Of a DNA stretch of 43,756 nt, positions 9,809 to 18,052 are shown piece after piece. The translations under genes and the position numbers were made by a program. Below the pieces are notes generated by a model. It had not been told where the DNA came from and did no database searches. It saw only the letters and a list, made by a program, of their open reading frames with translations. Positions within the stretch are counted from its first letter, which is position 1. Every line of letters begins with the position of its first letter. Source of the DNA: Bacteroidota bacterium (GTDB lineage: Bacteria; Bacteroidota; Ignavibacteria; UBA10030; UBA6906); contig JBBRUI010000003.1 of the NCBI GenBank assembly GCA_038247945.1, forward strand, positions 1-43,756. The letters are read 5' to 3'.

Positions 9809-11440
9809 ATGAGCATCGGTCAGACGCAACTTAAACGTCTCGAGCAATATAAAGATCGTTGGACGTCCTTTGGCGGGAACACCGGCATCATCGAGCTTTC
9901 CGAGAAACCAACGCCTGACGTCTTGAAGAAGTACGACATTTTCAAGGACTACGACGACAAGTTCCTCGAGAAAATTTCACCCGATGTTTCGATTGCGCGA
10001 TGGAAAGCGGGAACGTTGCTGTTTGAAGAGGGAAGTTATGTCGATATAGCTTTCTATATCGTCTCGGGCGGTGTGGATGTATACCTTCAGAAGCAACAAG
10101 CCGCTGCTGCGCCGATCTTTGGAGGTTCGCGTACAAAACTCATGACGGCGCCTTTGGCAGGACAAACCAGGGTTTCTTCAGGTGGTACGAAATTCGGTTC
10201 TGCCCCGAGCGCCCCGAAGAGGGAACCCGGTTCAACTTCAATTACATTTCTTGCCTCAATGAGTTTTGATTTGCCGACCGGCGGAACGATAAAGCTTTCA
10301 GCGGGAGATATCTTCGGAGAAATTGGGGCGCTTAGTGGTTGGCCGCAATCCGCGACAGCAAAGACAACTTCGGAATGTCAACTAATCCAGATTCGTACAG
10401 CAGCGCTTCGCATCATGCGCAAACGGTCCGCGGGACTCAAAGCACGGCTCGACAAACTTTACAAAGAACGGACATTGACCTCACAGCTTCAGGCAACGCC
10501 GCTGTTCAGAGAAATAGGCGAAGCCTCGCTCAAAACTCTCGCTCAGAAGGTCGAGCTGATCTCCTGTGAACCTGACGAAGTAATTACCAAAGAGGGCGAG
10601 TTCGCCGACGCGTTGTATCTTGTGCGCTCGGGTTTCATCAAGCTGTCTCAAAAATTGGGAGAGGGAAACATCGTTGTTTCGTATCTCTCAAAAGGAAATA
10701 TTTTTGGAGACGCTGAATTATTGTTGGATGGAGAACATACATGGCTTTACACTGCTTCGTCTCAAGAATACTCCGAGTTGGTAAAGATATCCCGTTCCGA
10801 CTTCCGGTCGGTACTTGCGGAGAATCCAGCGATGGAGAGATTACTGTGGGAATCGGTCGTCGCGAGAACGAAGGAGGCAGGCTACAGCAAGCGCAACATC
10901 AACCAATCGGAATTCATTTCCACCGCGTTGAACGAGGGATTGGTAGAAGGGAACAGCATTCTTGTTATCGATCTTAATGTCTGTACGCGCTGCGATGATT
11001 GCGTCCGCGGCTGTTCCGATACGCACGGCGGCATCCCGCGGTTTGTTCGTGAGGGAAACAAAATTGGAAACTTCCTCGTCACGCGGGCGTGTTATCATTG
11101 CGAAGATCCTGTATGCCTGATAGGTTGTCCGACCGGAGCAATTCGCCGGACCGATGTTGGTGACGTTGTCGCAATCGATGACAACCTTTGCATCGGCTGC
11201 TCTTCGTGCGCGAACAATTGTCCGTACGATGCAATCACCATGCATGACACTGGCGAGATGTGGCCCGGCGATATGATTCCCGAGGGACTGCGCGGAAAAG
11301 AAAAGCAGCTTGCCACCAAATGCGACCTTTGCTATCAAGACCCCGCTGGTCCGGCTTGTGTGCGGAGTTGCCCGCATGGCTGTGCCGTGCGCGTGGGCGA
11401 TGTGCAGGAGTTTAGAAGCTTGTTGTGGAAAGATGTGTAG
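9809..11440 (+). CDS. Two cNMP-binding (CAP-effector-fold) domains fused to a DmsB/NrfC-type 4x[4Fe-4S] ferredoxin
   Basis: LFEEG...YIVSGGV...FGEIG and ITKEGE...YLVRSG...FGD domains; Cys groups CTRCDDCVRGC, CYHCEDPVCLIGCP, CIGCSSCANNCP, KCDLC...PACVRSCP. ATG at 9809 preferred over TTG at 9749. Confidence 0.9.
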   Translation: MSIGQTQLKRLEQYKDRWTSFGGNTGIIELSEKPTPDVLKKYDIFKDYDDKFLEKISPDVSIARWKAGTLLFEEGSYVDIAFYIVSGGVDVYLQKQQAAAAPIFGGSRTKLMTAPLAGQTRVSSGGTKFGSAPSAPKREPGSTSITFLASMSFDLPTGGTIKLSAGDIFGEIGALSGWPQSATAKTTSECQLIQIRTAALRIMRKRSAGLKARLDKLYKERTLTSQLQATPLFREIGEASLKTLAQKVELISCEPDEVITKEGEFADALYLVRSGFIKLSQKLGEGNIVVSYLSKGNIFGDAELLLDGEHTWLYTASSQEYSELVKISRSDFRSVLAENPAMERLLWESVVARTKEAGYSKRNINQSEFISTALNEGLVEGNSILVIDLNVCTRCDDCVRGCSDTHGGIPRFVREGNKIGNFLVTRACYHCEDPVCLIGCPTGAIRRTDVGDVVAIDDNLCIGCSSCANNCPYDAITMHDTGEMWPGDMIPEGLRGKEKQLATKCDLCYQDPAGPACVRSCPHGCAVRVGDVQEFRSLLWKDV

Positions 11441-11560
11441 AATGTCGAATACTGAACAAGCCTGCCTGCCGTCAGGCAGGGAATATTGTCCGAAGGACTC
11501 CTTCGGAGAATGACGAAGTACTTCGATATTTATGAGTCGACATTTCTTGTTCGATATTCT
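11441..11560. repeat. Composite intergenic element with two nested palindromes
   Basis: GAATACTGAACAAG...CTTGTTCGATATTC outer imperfect inverted repeat, containing CCTGCCTG-ccgt-CAGGCAGG (11461-11480) and the 25-mer shared with 4993-5017 (11486-11510). Confidence 0.8.
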
Positions 11561-11574
11561 TTTCAAAAGGAAAA

Positions 11575-12411
11575 ATGAAAGAGCTTTTCAAAAGACTTCA
11601 GCTTGATCGCTTTGTTCGCTCGCCCGAATGGGCAGTTGCGCTTATTGTTGCGACAGTCATCTGCTGTGCTGTGTACGCGCTGAACGCTCTGGTTTCAGAA
11701 ATAAATCCCGGTAACTGGTGGGGATTGACATACGGAATAATTTCCTCCCTGCTTATGTTCGGTGCAGGACTGTACGGCGTACGCAGGCGGATGTTAAATC
11801 GGAACCTGGGTAATTCAAAAGTGTGGGTGCAGTTTCACATCTATGGCGGAGCGCTTGCAGGCGTACTCGTCCTTATGCATACAGGCTTTCGTTTGCCGTA
11901 TGGCCTGTTCAACTGGCTGCTGTGGCTGCTTTCTATATGGGTAACGGTAAGCGGATTGCTCGGCGTTGCATTGCAGCGATGGATACACCGTATTCTTTCC
12001 TCCGCGCTTTCGATTGAAGCGATATACGAAAGAATCCCGGAACTGGTGATGCAGTTGCGCGAGCGGGCGGAGAAACTGGTTGCATCGTGTGCCGAACCTA
12101 TCCAGGATTTTTACAGGGCCAATGTTGCGGCTACGTTGGCAGCACCCGAGGCTCGACTTATTTATTACTTCGATATTACCGGCGGCGTACAATCACGAGT
12201 GAAGCAATTTGAATTTCTCAGACGCGTGCTTTCATCAGATGAAAAAGAAATATTCGACAAGATTCAAGGAATTTACAAATCGAAATTGGAATTGGACGCT
12301 CATTATTCTCTTCAGCGCTCATTGCGGTGGTGGTTGTACACGCACGTGCCGGCTTCGTTCGTTCTGTTGCTCATGATCGCATTTCATATTTTCGCAGTTT
12401 TATATTACTAG
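11575..12411 (+). CDS. Polytopic membrane protein, probable di-heme cytochrome b (ferric-reductase-like TM domain)
   Basis: About 5 hydrophobic segments; two His pairs in TM helices (WVQFHIYGG...LMHTG; WLYTHVP...AFHIF). Confidence 0.75.
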   Translation: MKELFKRLQLDRFVRSPEWAVALIVATVICCAVYALNALVSEINPGNWWGLTYGIISSLLMFGAGLYGVRRRMLNRNLGNSKVWVQFHIYGGALAGVLVLMHTGFRLPYGLFNWLLWLLSIWVTVSGLLGVALQRWIHRILSSALSIEAIYERIPELVMQLRERAEKLVASCAEPIQDFYRANVAATLAAPEARLIYYFDITGGVQSRVKQFEFLRRVLSSDEKEIFDKIQGIYKSKLELDAHYSLQRSLRWWLYTHVPASFVLLLMIAFHIFAVLYY

Positions 12412-12412
12412 A

Positions 12413-14002
12413 ATGGCAAAACCCGGAAACGAAAACAGAAGGAAGGGAACATTCGCCCGCGGGTTGCTTCCCGTTGCGAAAACGTATATCCGTCCCGTCA
12501 CGCGAAAAAAGCTGGCGATTCTCGGCGGTATCGGTTGCGCACTGGTTGCGCTCTATTATGTTGCCGATGCGTTTCTTCTGAGCAGCACATTCCTTTCCGG
12601 CGGACCGCTTTCCGCTAACCATTCAAATTTTGAAAGTGAATGCGCAAAGTGTCATCAGTCGTTCCGAGGCGTTGTAAATTCCAAGTGCTCGGTCTGTCAT
12701 GAAAAGACAAACGACAAGCTCGGCGTGTACACGTTCAAAGCACATTATCTGCACAGGTCGGAGGAAACGAAACGGATTCAGGATGGGATGTCAAAGCACG
12801 GAAAGGATGAAACAAACTGCGCTTCCTGCCATCCCGATCATCGTGGCCGCGGCGCGGCGATTACGCGTGTGCTCGATTCGCAATGCGCTCAATGTCATTA
12901 CTCATCGTTCAACAAAGATCATCCGCCGTTCCGTCTCCTTGCTGTCGCTGACGATTCTACATTGAAGATGACACACGTGAAGCACACGAAGGAACTCCTG
13001 AAGAAATTAAACACGCCGAACATCGAGCAGGCTTGCCTCTACTGCCACAATCCGCAACCAGATGGGAAAGGTTTCAAGGCGCTTGACTTCGATATGCACT
13101 GCGCTGATTGTCATCTCACCACATCTTCTGAAACGCCCGCATTGACAATAAAGGATGCTTCGATCGCTGCATCTCCGGGTGTTGAGACGCTTGAGACGAT
13201 TCAGCGCCGCAAAGGTCCCGGTACGATCTGGGCTTTCTACACAAACCCGAATGAGTTCAGTGTATCAAATGGGAAAGTAAAGAAATCGCCCGTCTACCAT
13301 CGTGATCCATGGATACTCGAAAATCTGAAGCAGATATACCGGACTCTGTATTCGGATTCAAGCCTTGCGGATTTGTTAAACGCATCGGGACGCGGGGCAA
13401 CAAAGAGTAAACAACAAATTTATGCTGAGGCGATCAAGACGCTGCGGGATTATGTGGCCGGGCTCCGTTCGCGGCCTGAGCCTGAAGTGCAAATGGAATT
13501 GGTCAGGATCGATTCGTTGCTGAACGCGGCGGAGAGTAAGATCATGAGGGGCAGAGAAATACTTCCTGACCTTATGCCGATGATGAAAATGATTTCGGAG
13601 AATTCATCGCTGACCCAAGAACAGCGTGCCGCTCTTGAAGACTTTGCCCTGAAGCTTACTCGGCCTTGCCAGGAATGTCACATGGTGGAACACGCTTCGA
13701 TTCTTAGCGTGAAGGCGAGCCAGCGAACTTTCCAACGCGCAGAGTTCGATCATCGTGCGCACATCACACAGCGCCGTTGCCTTGAATGTCACGATGTTAT
13801 TCCGGTAGAGCAAGCCCTTGCCGGTGATACGACAGGCATTGCGGTGATAGATAAAGCTTCTACGAAAAATATTCCCGGTATTCAGAATTGTTATGAATGC
13901 CATACGAAAGATGCAGGTTCCAATGCCTGCGTCACCTGCCATTTCATGCATCCGAACAAGGAGAACAGAGGAAGCTTGCAACTTTTTGTAACGAAGCAAT
14001 GA
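12413..14002 (+). CDS. Membrane-anchored decaheme c-type cytochrome (cytochrome c3/c7-like repeats)
   Basis: Basic N-terminus plus TM helix, GPLSANH, ten CxxCH motifs (CAKCH, CSVCH, CASCH, CAQCH, CLYCH, CADCH, CQECH, CLECH, CYECH, CVTCH). Confidence 0.9.
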   Translation: MAKPGNENRRKGTFARGLLPVAKTYIRPVTRKKLAILGGIGCALVALYYVADAFLLSSTFLSGGPLSANHSNFESECAKCHQSFRGVVNSKCSVCHEKTNDKLGVYTFKAHYLHRSEETKRIQDGMSKHGKDETNCASCHPDHRGRGAAITRVLDSQCAQCHYSSFNKDHPPFRLLAVADDSTLKMTHVKHTKELLKKLNTPNIEQACLYCHNPQPDGKGFKALDFDMHCADCHLTTSSETPALTIKDASIAASPGVETLETIQRRKGPGTIWAFYTNPNEFSVSNGKVKKSPVYHRDPWILENLKQIYRTLYSDSSLADLLNASGRGATKSKQQIYAEAIKTLRDYVAGLRSRPEPEVQMELVRIDSLLNAAESKIMRGREILPDLMPMMKMISENSSLTQEQRAALEDFALKLTRPCQECHMVEHASILSVKASQRTFQRAEFDHRAHITQRRCLECHDVIPVEQALAGDTTGIAVIDKASTKNIPGIQNCYECHTKDAGSNACVTCHFMHPNKENRGSLQLFVTKQ

Positions 14003-14003
14003 C

Positions 14004-14936
14004 ATGAAAGCCAAACTGTTTTGCAAAACGGGACAACTCTCCGGCGCAACATTCGAGATTCAACCCGTCACCACGATCGGGAAGAATGCTGAGAATACAA
14101 TTCAATTGTACCCCGCGTTGATTTCGGGAAAACATGCGCGCATTTCCTTCGATGAAAAATCGAACGGATATTTTCTCGAAGACCTGAACAGCCGGAACGG
14201 TACGCGCCTCGACGGAATGAGGGTACGGGGGAAAGAACGGTTGGGCAAATTGAACGTCATAACATTCGCCGACACATTTGATTTCTTTTTTCAGATTGTC
14301 GAGGCAGGGGCTTCGTCGTCACCTGCTTCGCAACCTGCAAAATCGCCAACCTTGCAACGGCCGGAACCCGTTCCTCGTCCGAACGTCAAACAGCCCGTGA
14401 CCGAAGTGAATAAGGAATTCGCTCCAATACCCGAGATTGAAGTTGAAGCAAGACAAAAAACAATTTTGGATGACGGTGGTTTCGTTTTTCCTTCAATTTT
14501 AGAGGAAAAGAAGAATGAAACGCCCGCAGCAGCGCGAACGAAAGTCGGCGTAGAATTTACGCCTCTACCGTCGTTCAGTCCTGAAAGCGCCCGGCGCGCT
14601 GAATTGGAGCGAGCTGCAGGGCAACAGGTTGCTCCGAAATATGTTCTGATTTTTGAGACGCTGAAAGACGGACCGAAAACTTTTGATATAAAAGAAGGAT
14701 CTACAATTGTTGGACGTGACGCCTCCTGTGCGATTCCAGTCGACGATGGCTCGGTCTCTCGAAAACACGCGGAGTTTGTCTTCGAGCGCGGCAGGCTTAC
14801 CCTCAAAGATCTCGGAAGCAAGAACCACACGCACATTGATGACCAGAGAATCTCACGGGAGGTGGAGTTGCGAGAAGGGATGGAAATCAGTTTCGGACTT
14901 TTGAAGGCCCGGTTGGTGAAGAAGCCTACAAAATGA
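14004..14936 (+). CDS. Double FHA-domain protein with Pro/Thr-rich linker
   Basis: N-terminal IGK...ISGKHA...DLNSRNGT and C-terminal VGR...VSRKHA...DLGSKNHT FHA signatures. Confidence 0.9.
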   Translation: MKAKLFCKTGQLSGATFEIQPVTTIGKNAENTIQLYPALISGKHARISFDEKSNGYFLEDLNSRNGTRLDGMRVRGKERLGKLNVITFADTFDFFFQIVEAGASSSPASQPAKSPTLQRPEPVPRPNVKQPVTEVNKEFAPIPEIEVEARQKTILDDGGFVFPSILEEKKNETPAAARTKVGVEFTPLPSFSPESARRAELERAAGQQVAPKYVLIFETLKDGPKTFDIKEGSTIVGRDASCAIPVDDGSVSRKHAEFVFERGRLTLKDLGSKNHTHIDDQRISREVELREGMEISFGLLKARLVKKPTK

Positions 14937-14955
14937 AAATTCAAAAGAGCATTCA

Positions 14956-17274
14956 ATGCCTGACATAGAATACAAGTCCGATGGGTCGCTGGTTCTAAAC
15001 CAGCCTGTTCAGCTTCCCGAAGTCCTCGACTTGCTCGTCGTGGGCGGCGGACCTGCGGGAACTGCTGCAGCATTCAGGGCGAAAGAACTGGGACTGAATG
15101 TTCTGGTGATCGATTACGACGATTTGATGAAACGGATCCGGGATTATCCGAAAGACAAACTGATCCTTCCCGATTTTGGCGGCGGTGATCAAATGCGCTT
15201 TCCGAAAGGCGGCGACTTGATTACCGCGCTGCATTTTTCCGCTCTTGATAAGGATGAGATGGTGAATGAATGGAAGCGTCTGTACGTAACGCACAATGTC
15301 CCCGCGAAGATAGGCATAGAACTTCTTGGAATGCAACGACGAAGCGACGGTGTGCTGCAGGTGAAAACATGGAACCATACCATCCGGGCTGAAGAACAGA
15401 TTCTCGCAAAGCACATTGCAATCGGAATCGGACGCGGCGTACCGCGCCGCTTCGACATCCCCGGCAACACGGATGGCATTGCATACAGGCTTGCTGATGC
15501 GCAGGCATACGTGGGCAATCCATCGCTCATCATCGGCGGGGGAACTTCGGCGGCAGAAGCTGTGATTGCAATTTCAAATGCCAAAACAAAAACCCGGGAT
15601 GCATCGGCTGTCTACTGGGCGTATCGCGGCGATAAGCTTCCCAAAGTTTCCAAAGCGCTCGCGGACGTTTTCTTTGAAGCGTATATGGGCAACGGCAATA
15701 TTCGATATTTCCCCAATAGTGAACCCGTCGCCGTTGTAACCGCGGACGATAAGCAGGAATATTTTTCGCTGAGGACGGATCGCAAAACAATTGCCGGGCG
15801 TCCCAATGAGACCTCCCACCTGGAATTCCTCAAAGATTTTTGCGTTGCATGCATTGGCGAGGATATCCCGGAGGCGTTTCTTTCATCTATCGGTGTCAGC
15901 ATGGTAACCGGTGGTGCAGCGAACAAAAAGCGCATGTGTGTTTCACCGTTGCTGGAAACGCAACAACCGAACGTCTATCTCATCGGCGATATTCTAAGTC
16001 AGGTGTATCTCGAAACAGATGATTTCAAATCTGACCCGTCGGCGTTCCGGGAGGTAAAACATCGTGGCAACATAAAAGCCGGGATGATTGATGGAGTGAT
16101 TGTCGCGGAAGTTGTTGCTCAAAGGATTGCGGGAAAAAAAGATATCGACGTGCAGGTGGAATTCGTTGCGGATGTTCCTGCAGAAAAATCGAAACCGGCC
16201 GGACCGTTGATGACGATTTTATCCTCACTTGAAGATTCATCCACACAAAAGCAAACCGGCGCACAGCAAGAAAGTATCCCATATGCGGTTCTGGTGCGAG
16301 TAACTGCCGGTGGAGTGGAAGAAGATGAGTTTCCTCTCAAACACAATGGCGTGACAACGATCGGAAAGAAGTTCTGCGATATTGTTTTTCCCGACGACGT
16401 GAATCTCTCCGAACGTCATGCATCTCTGTCGCATGGTCCCGACGGTTTTTCTTTGCGAGATGATGGAAGCCAGACCGGAGTGTTCTTATCTGCTACCGAA
16501 GGGAAACCTGTTCAGGTAGCGAACGGAGATCTCATACGACTCGGACGGCAATTCCTGGTCTTCAAGGAAGACAACGGGATTTTTTCTTTCATCCACTACG
16601 ACCGGACGGGCAAACAGATCGGCAAGCACTCGCTTGCGCCGGAGAAAACTGTTGTTCTTGGCCGCGAAGCTCCTGATATTACTCTTGACGCGTCGGACAT
16701 GACACTCTCCCGCCGGCATGTTTCTGTTGCCGTGAAAGAGGGACAAGTATTCATCAAGGATTTAAAGAGCGCGAACGGCACGTATCTGAAAGTTCGCAGC
16801 GCGACTCCCATCGGGCCCGGGGAAATGTTTCGTGCCGGGAATCAGGCATTCCGGCTGAGTGTGCAAAAAGAAGCTGCTACCGGAAGTGTTCGACTTCAGT
16901 CAAGACCGCCCTCTGTTGCCAAACCGAAACCAAAGGCTGATGTATTACCTCCGGAAAAGAAAGCGGAACCTCCCGCGCAGAAGGGAATGGTTGTGGTGTT
17001 CAAGAACCTCGGAAAAACAGTTGCGTTCGAACCCGGCCAGACAATCTGCAGCATTGCCGAAAAGAACGGAATCAAAATTGTCGCTGAATGTCATGCAGGC
17101 ATTTGTGGAAGCGACCCGATCAAGATAGTGTCGGGTAAAGAAAATCTGAGTACTATGGGGGCCGACGAGAAGGGGACATTGGAAGATATCTGTGGTTTGA
17201 ATCCCGGCGAACACAGGCTTGCGTGTATGGCGAAACCAACCAATACAGTTGAAATAGAAATTACCAGCGCGTGA
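14956..17274 (+). CDS. TrxB/YpdA-like FAD/NAD(P)H oxidoreductase fused to two FHA domains and a C-terminal [2Fe-2S] ferredoxin
   Basis: VVGGGPAG, IIGGGTSA..A, YRG, YLIGD motifs; FHA motifs LSERHA/DGSQTGV and LGR/LSRRHV/LKSANGT; CHAGICGSD...RLAC. Confidence 0.88.
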   Translation: MPDIEYKSDGSLVLNQPVQLPEVLDLLVVGGGPAGTAAAFRAKELGLNVLVIDYDDLMKRIRDYPKDKLILPDFGGGDQMRFPKGGDLITALHFSALDKDEMVNEWKRLYVTHNVPAKIGIELLGMQRRSDGVLQVKTWNHTIRAEEQILAKHIAIGIGRGVPRRFDIPGNTDGIAYRLADAQAYVGNPSLIIGGGTSAAEAVIAISNAKTKTRDASAVYWAYRGDKLPKVSKALADVFFEAYMGNGNIRYFPNSEPVAVVTADDKQEYFSLRTDRKTIAGRPNETSHLEFLKDFCVACIGEDIPEAFLSSIGVSMVTGGAANKKRMCVSPLLETQQPNVYLIGDILSQVYLETDDFKSDPSAFREVKHRGNIKAGMIDGVIVAEVVAQRIAGKKDIDVQVEFVADVPAEKSKPAGPLMTILSSLEDSSTQKQTGAQQESIPYAVLVRVTAGGVEEDEFPLKHNGVTTIGKKFCDIVFPDDVNLSERHASLSHGPDGFSLRDDGSQTGVFLSATEGKPVQVANGDLIRLGRQFLVFKEDNGIFSFIHYDRTGKQIGKHSLAPEKTVVLGREAPDITLDASDMTLSRRHVSVAVKEGQVFIKDLKSANGTYLKVRSATPIGPGEMFRAGNQAFRLSVQKEAATGSVRLQSRPPSVAKPKPKADVLPPEKKAEPPAQKGMVVVFKNLGKTVAFEPGQTICSIAEKNGIKIVAECHAGICGSDPIKIVSGKENLSTMGADEKGTLEDICGLNPGEHRLACMAKPTNTVEIEITSA

Positions 17275-18050
17275 AAACAATAACCTTTGCGAACCTCACC
17301 GACATCGGGCAGGTGCGCACCGAGAATCAGGATGCAGTGGGAAAATTTCCCTCCGATAATCTGGACATTTCATCCCCGAAGGGACAGCTGTTTATAGTGG
17401 CAGATGGAATGGGCGGCCATGCAGGCGGACGCGAAGCAAGCCGGCTTGCAGTCGAAACTGTTGCCAAATCATATTTTGACTCGACAGGAACCATCGTAGA
17501 GAGTTTGAAGCAGGCTTTCAATGCAGGAAATAAAACGATCTATGAAGAGAGCCTTAACAATCCTCAGTTGCGGGGAATGGGAACGACCTGCATTGCTCTC
17601 GTTTTCCAAAAAGGTGTTGCGTACGTTGCGCATGTCGGCGATAGCAGGTTGTATAGAATCACGCCCCGCTCAATTGATCAATTAACGAACGACCATTCGA
17701 AGGTCGCAGAGATGGTTCGTCGCGGTATTATCACTGCCGAAGATGCGGAGAATCATCCTGAACGGTCGATGCTGTATCGCGCAATGGGAGTAAGTGCAAG
17801 AATGGAATTCGATGTGATGAACGGTCTCCAGTTAAGCTCCGATGAATACTACCTGATGTGTACCGATGGCCTGACCGGCTATCTGGGTCCGGCCGAATTG
17901 CAGGAGATTGTTTCCGCTCGTCCGCCAGACGAAGCCTGCTCACTGCTTGTCGAGTATGCGAACCGCCGTGGTGGACTCGATAATATTACTGTTCAGATCA
18001 TCCACGTTAAAGGCGATAGTTTTCTGAAATCTATGTTGAGTCCGGAGTAA
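17271..18050 (+). CDS. PP2C/Stp1-type Ser/Thr protein phosphatase
   Basis: TDIGQVR.ENQD, VADGMGGH, GMGTT, HVGDSRLY, MCTDGL, GGLDNITV; GTGA overlap. Confidence 0.96.
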   Translation: MKTITFANLTDIGQVRTENQDAVGKFPSDNLDISSPKGQLFIVADGMGGHAGGREASRLAVETVAKSYFDSTGTIVESLKQAFNAGNKTIYEESLNNPQLRGMGTTCIALVFQKGVAYVAHVGDSRLYRITPRSIDQLTNDHSKVAEMVRRGIITAEDAENHPERSMLYRAMGVSARMEFDVMNGLQLSSDEYYLMCTDGLTGYLGPAELQEIVSARPPDEACSLLVEYANRRGGLDNITVQIIHVKGDSFLKSMLSPE

Positions 18051-18052
18051 CA

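Noticed and set aside
4993-11510. CRISPR repeats
   Set aside because: Only two copies 6.5 kb apart, no spacer array and no cas genes.
3199-14002. Calling the genes mtrA/mtrB/mtrC, nrfA/nrfH or hao
   Set aside because: Sizes, heme spacing and extra domains do not match; no CxxCK motif. Only the general logic is similar.
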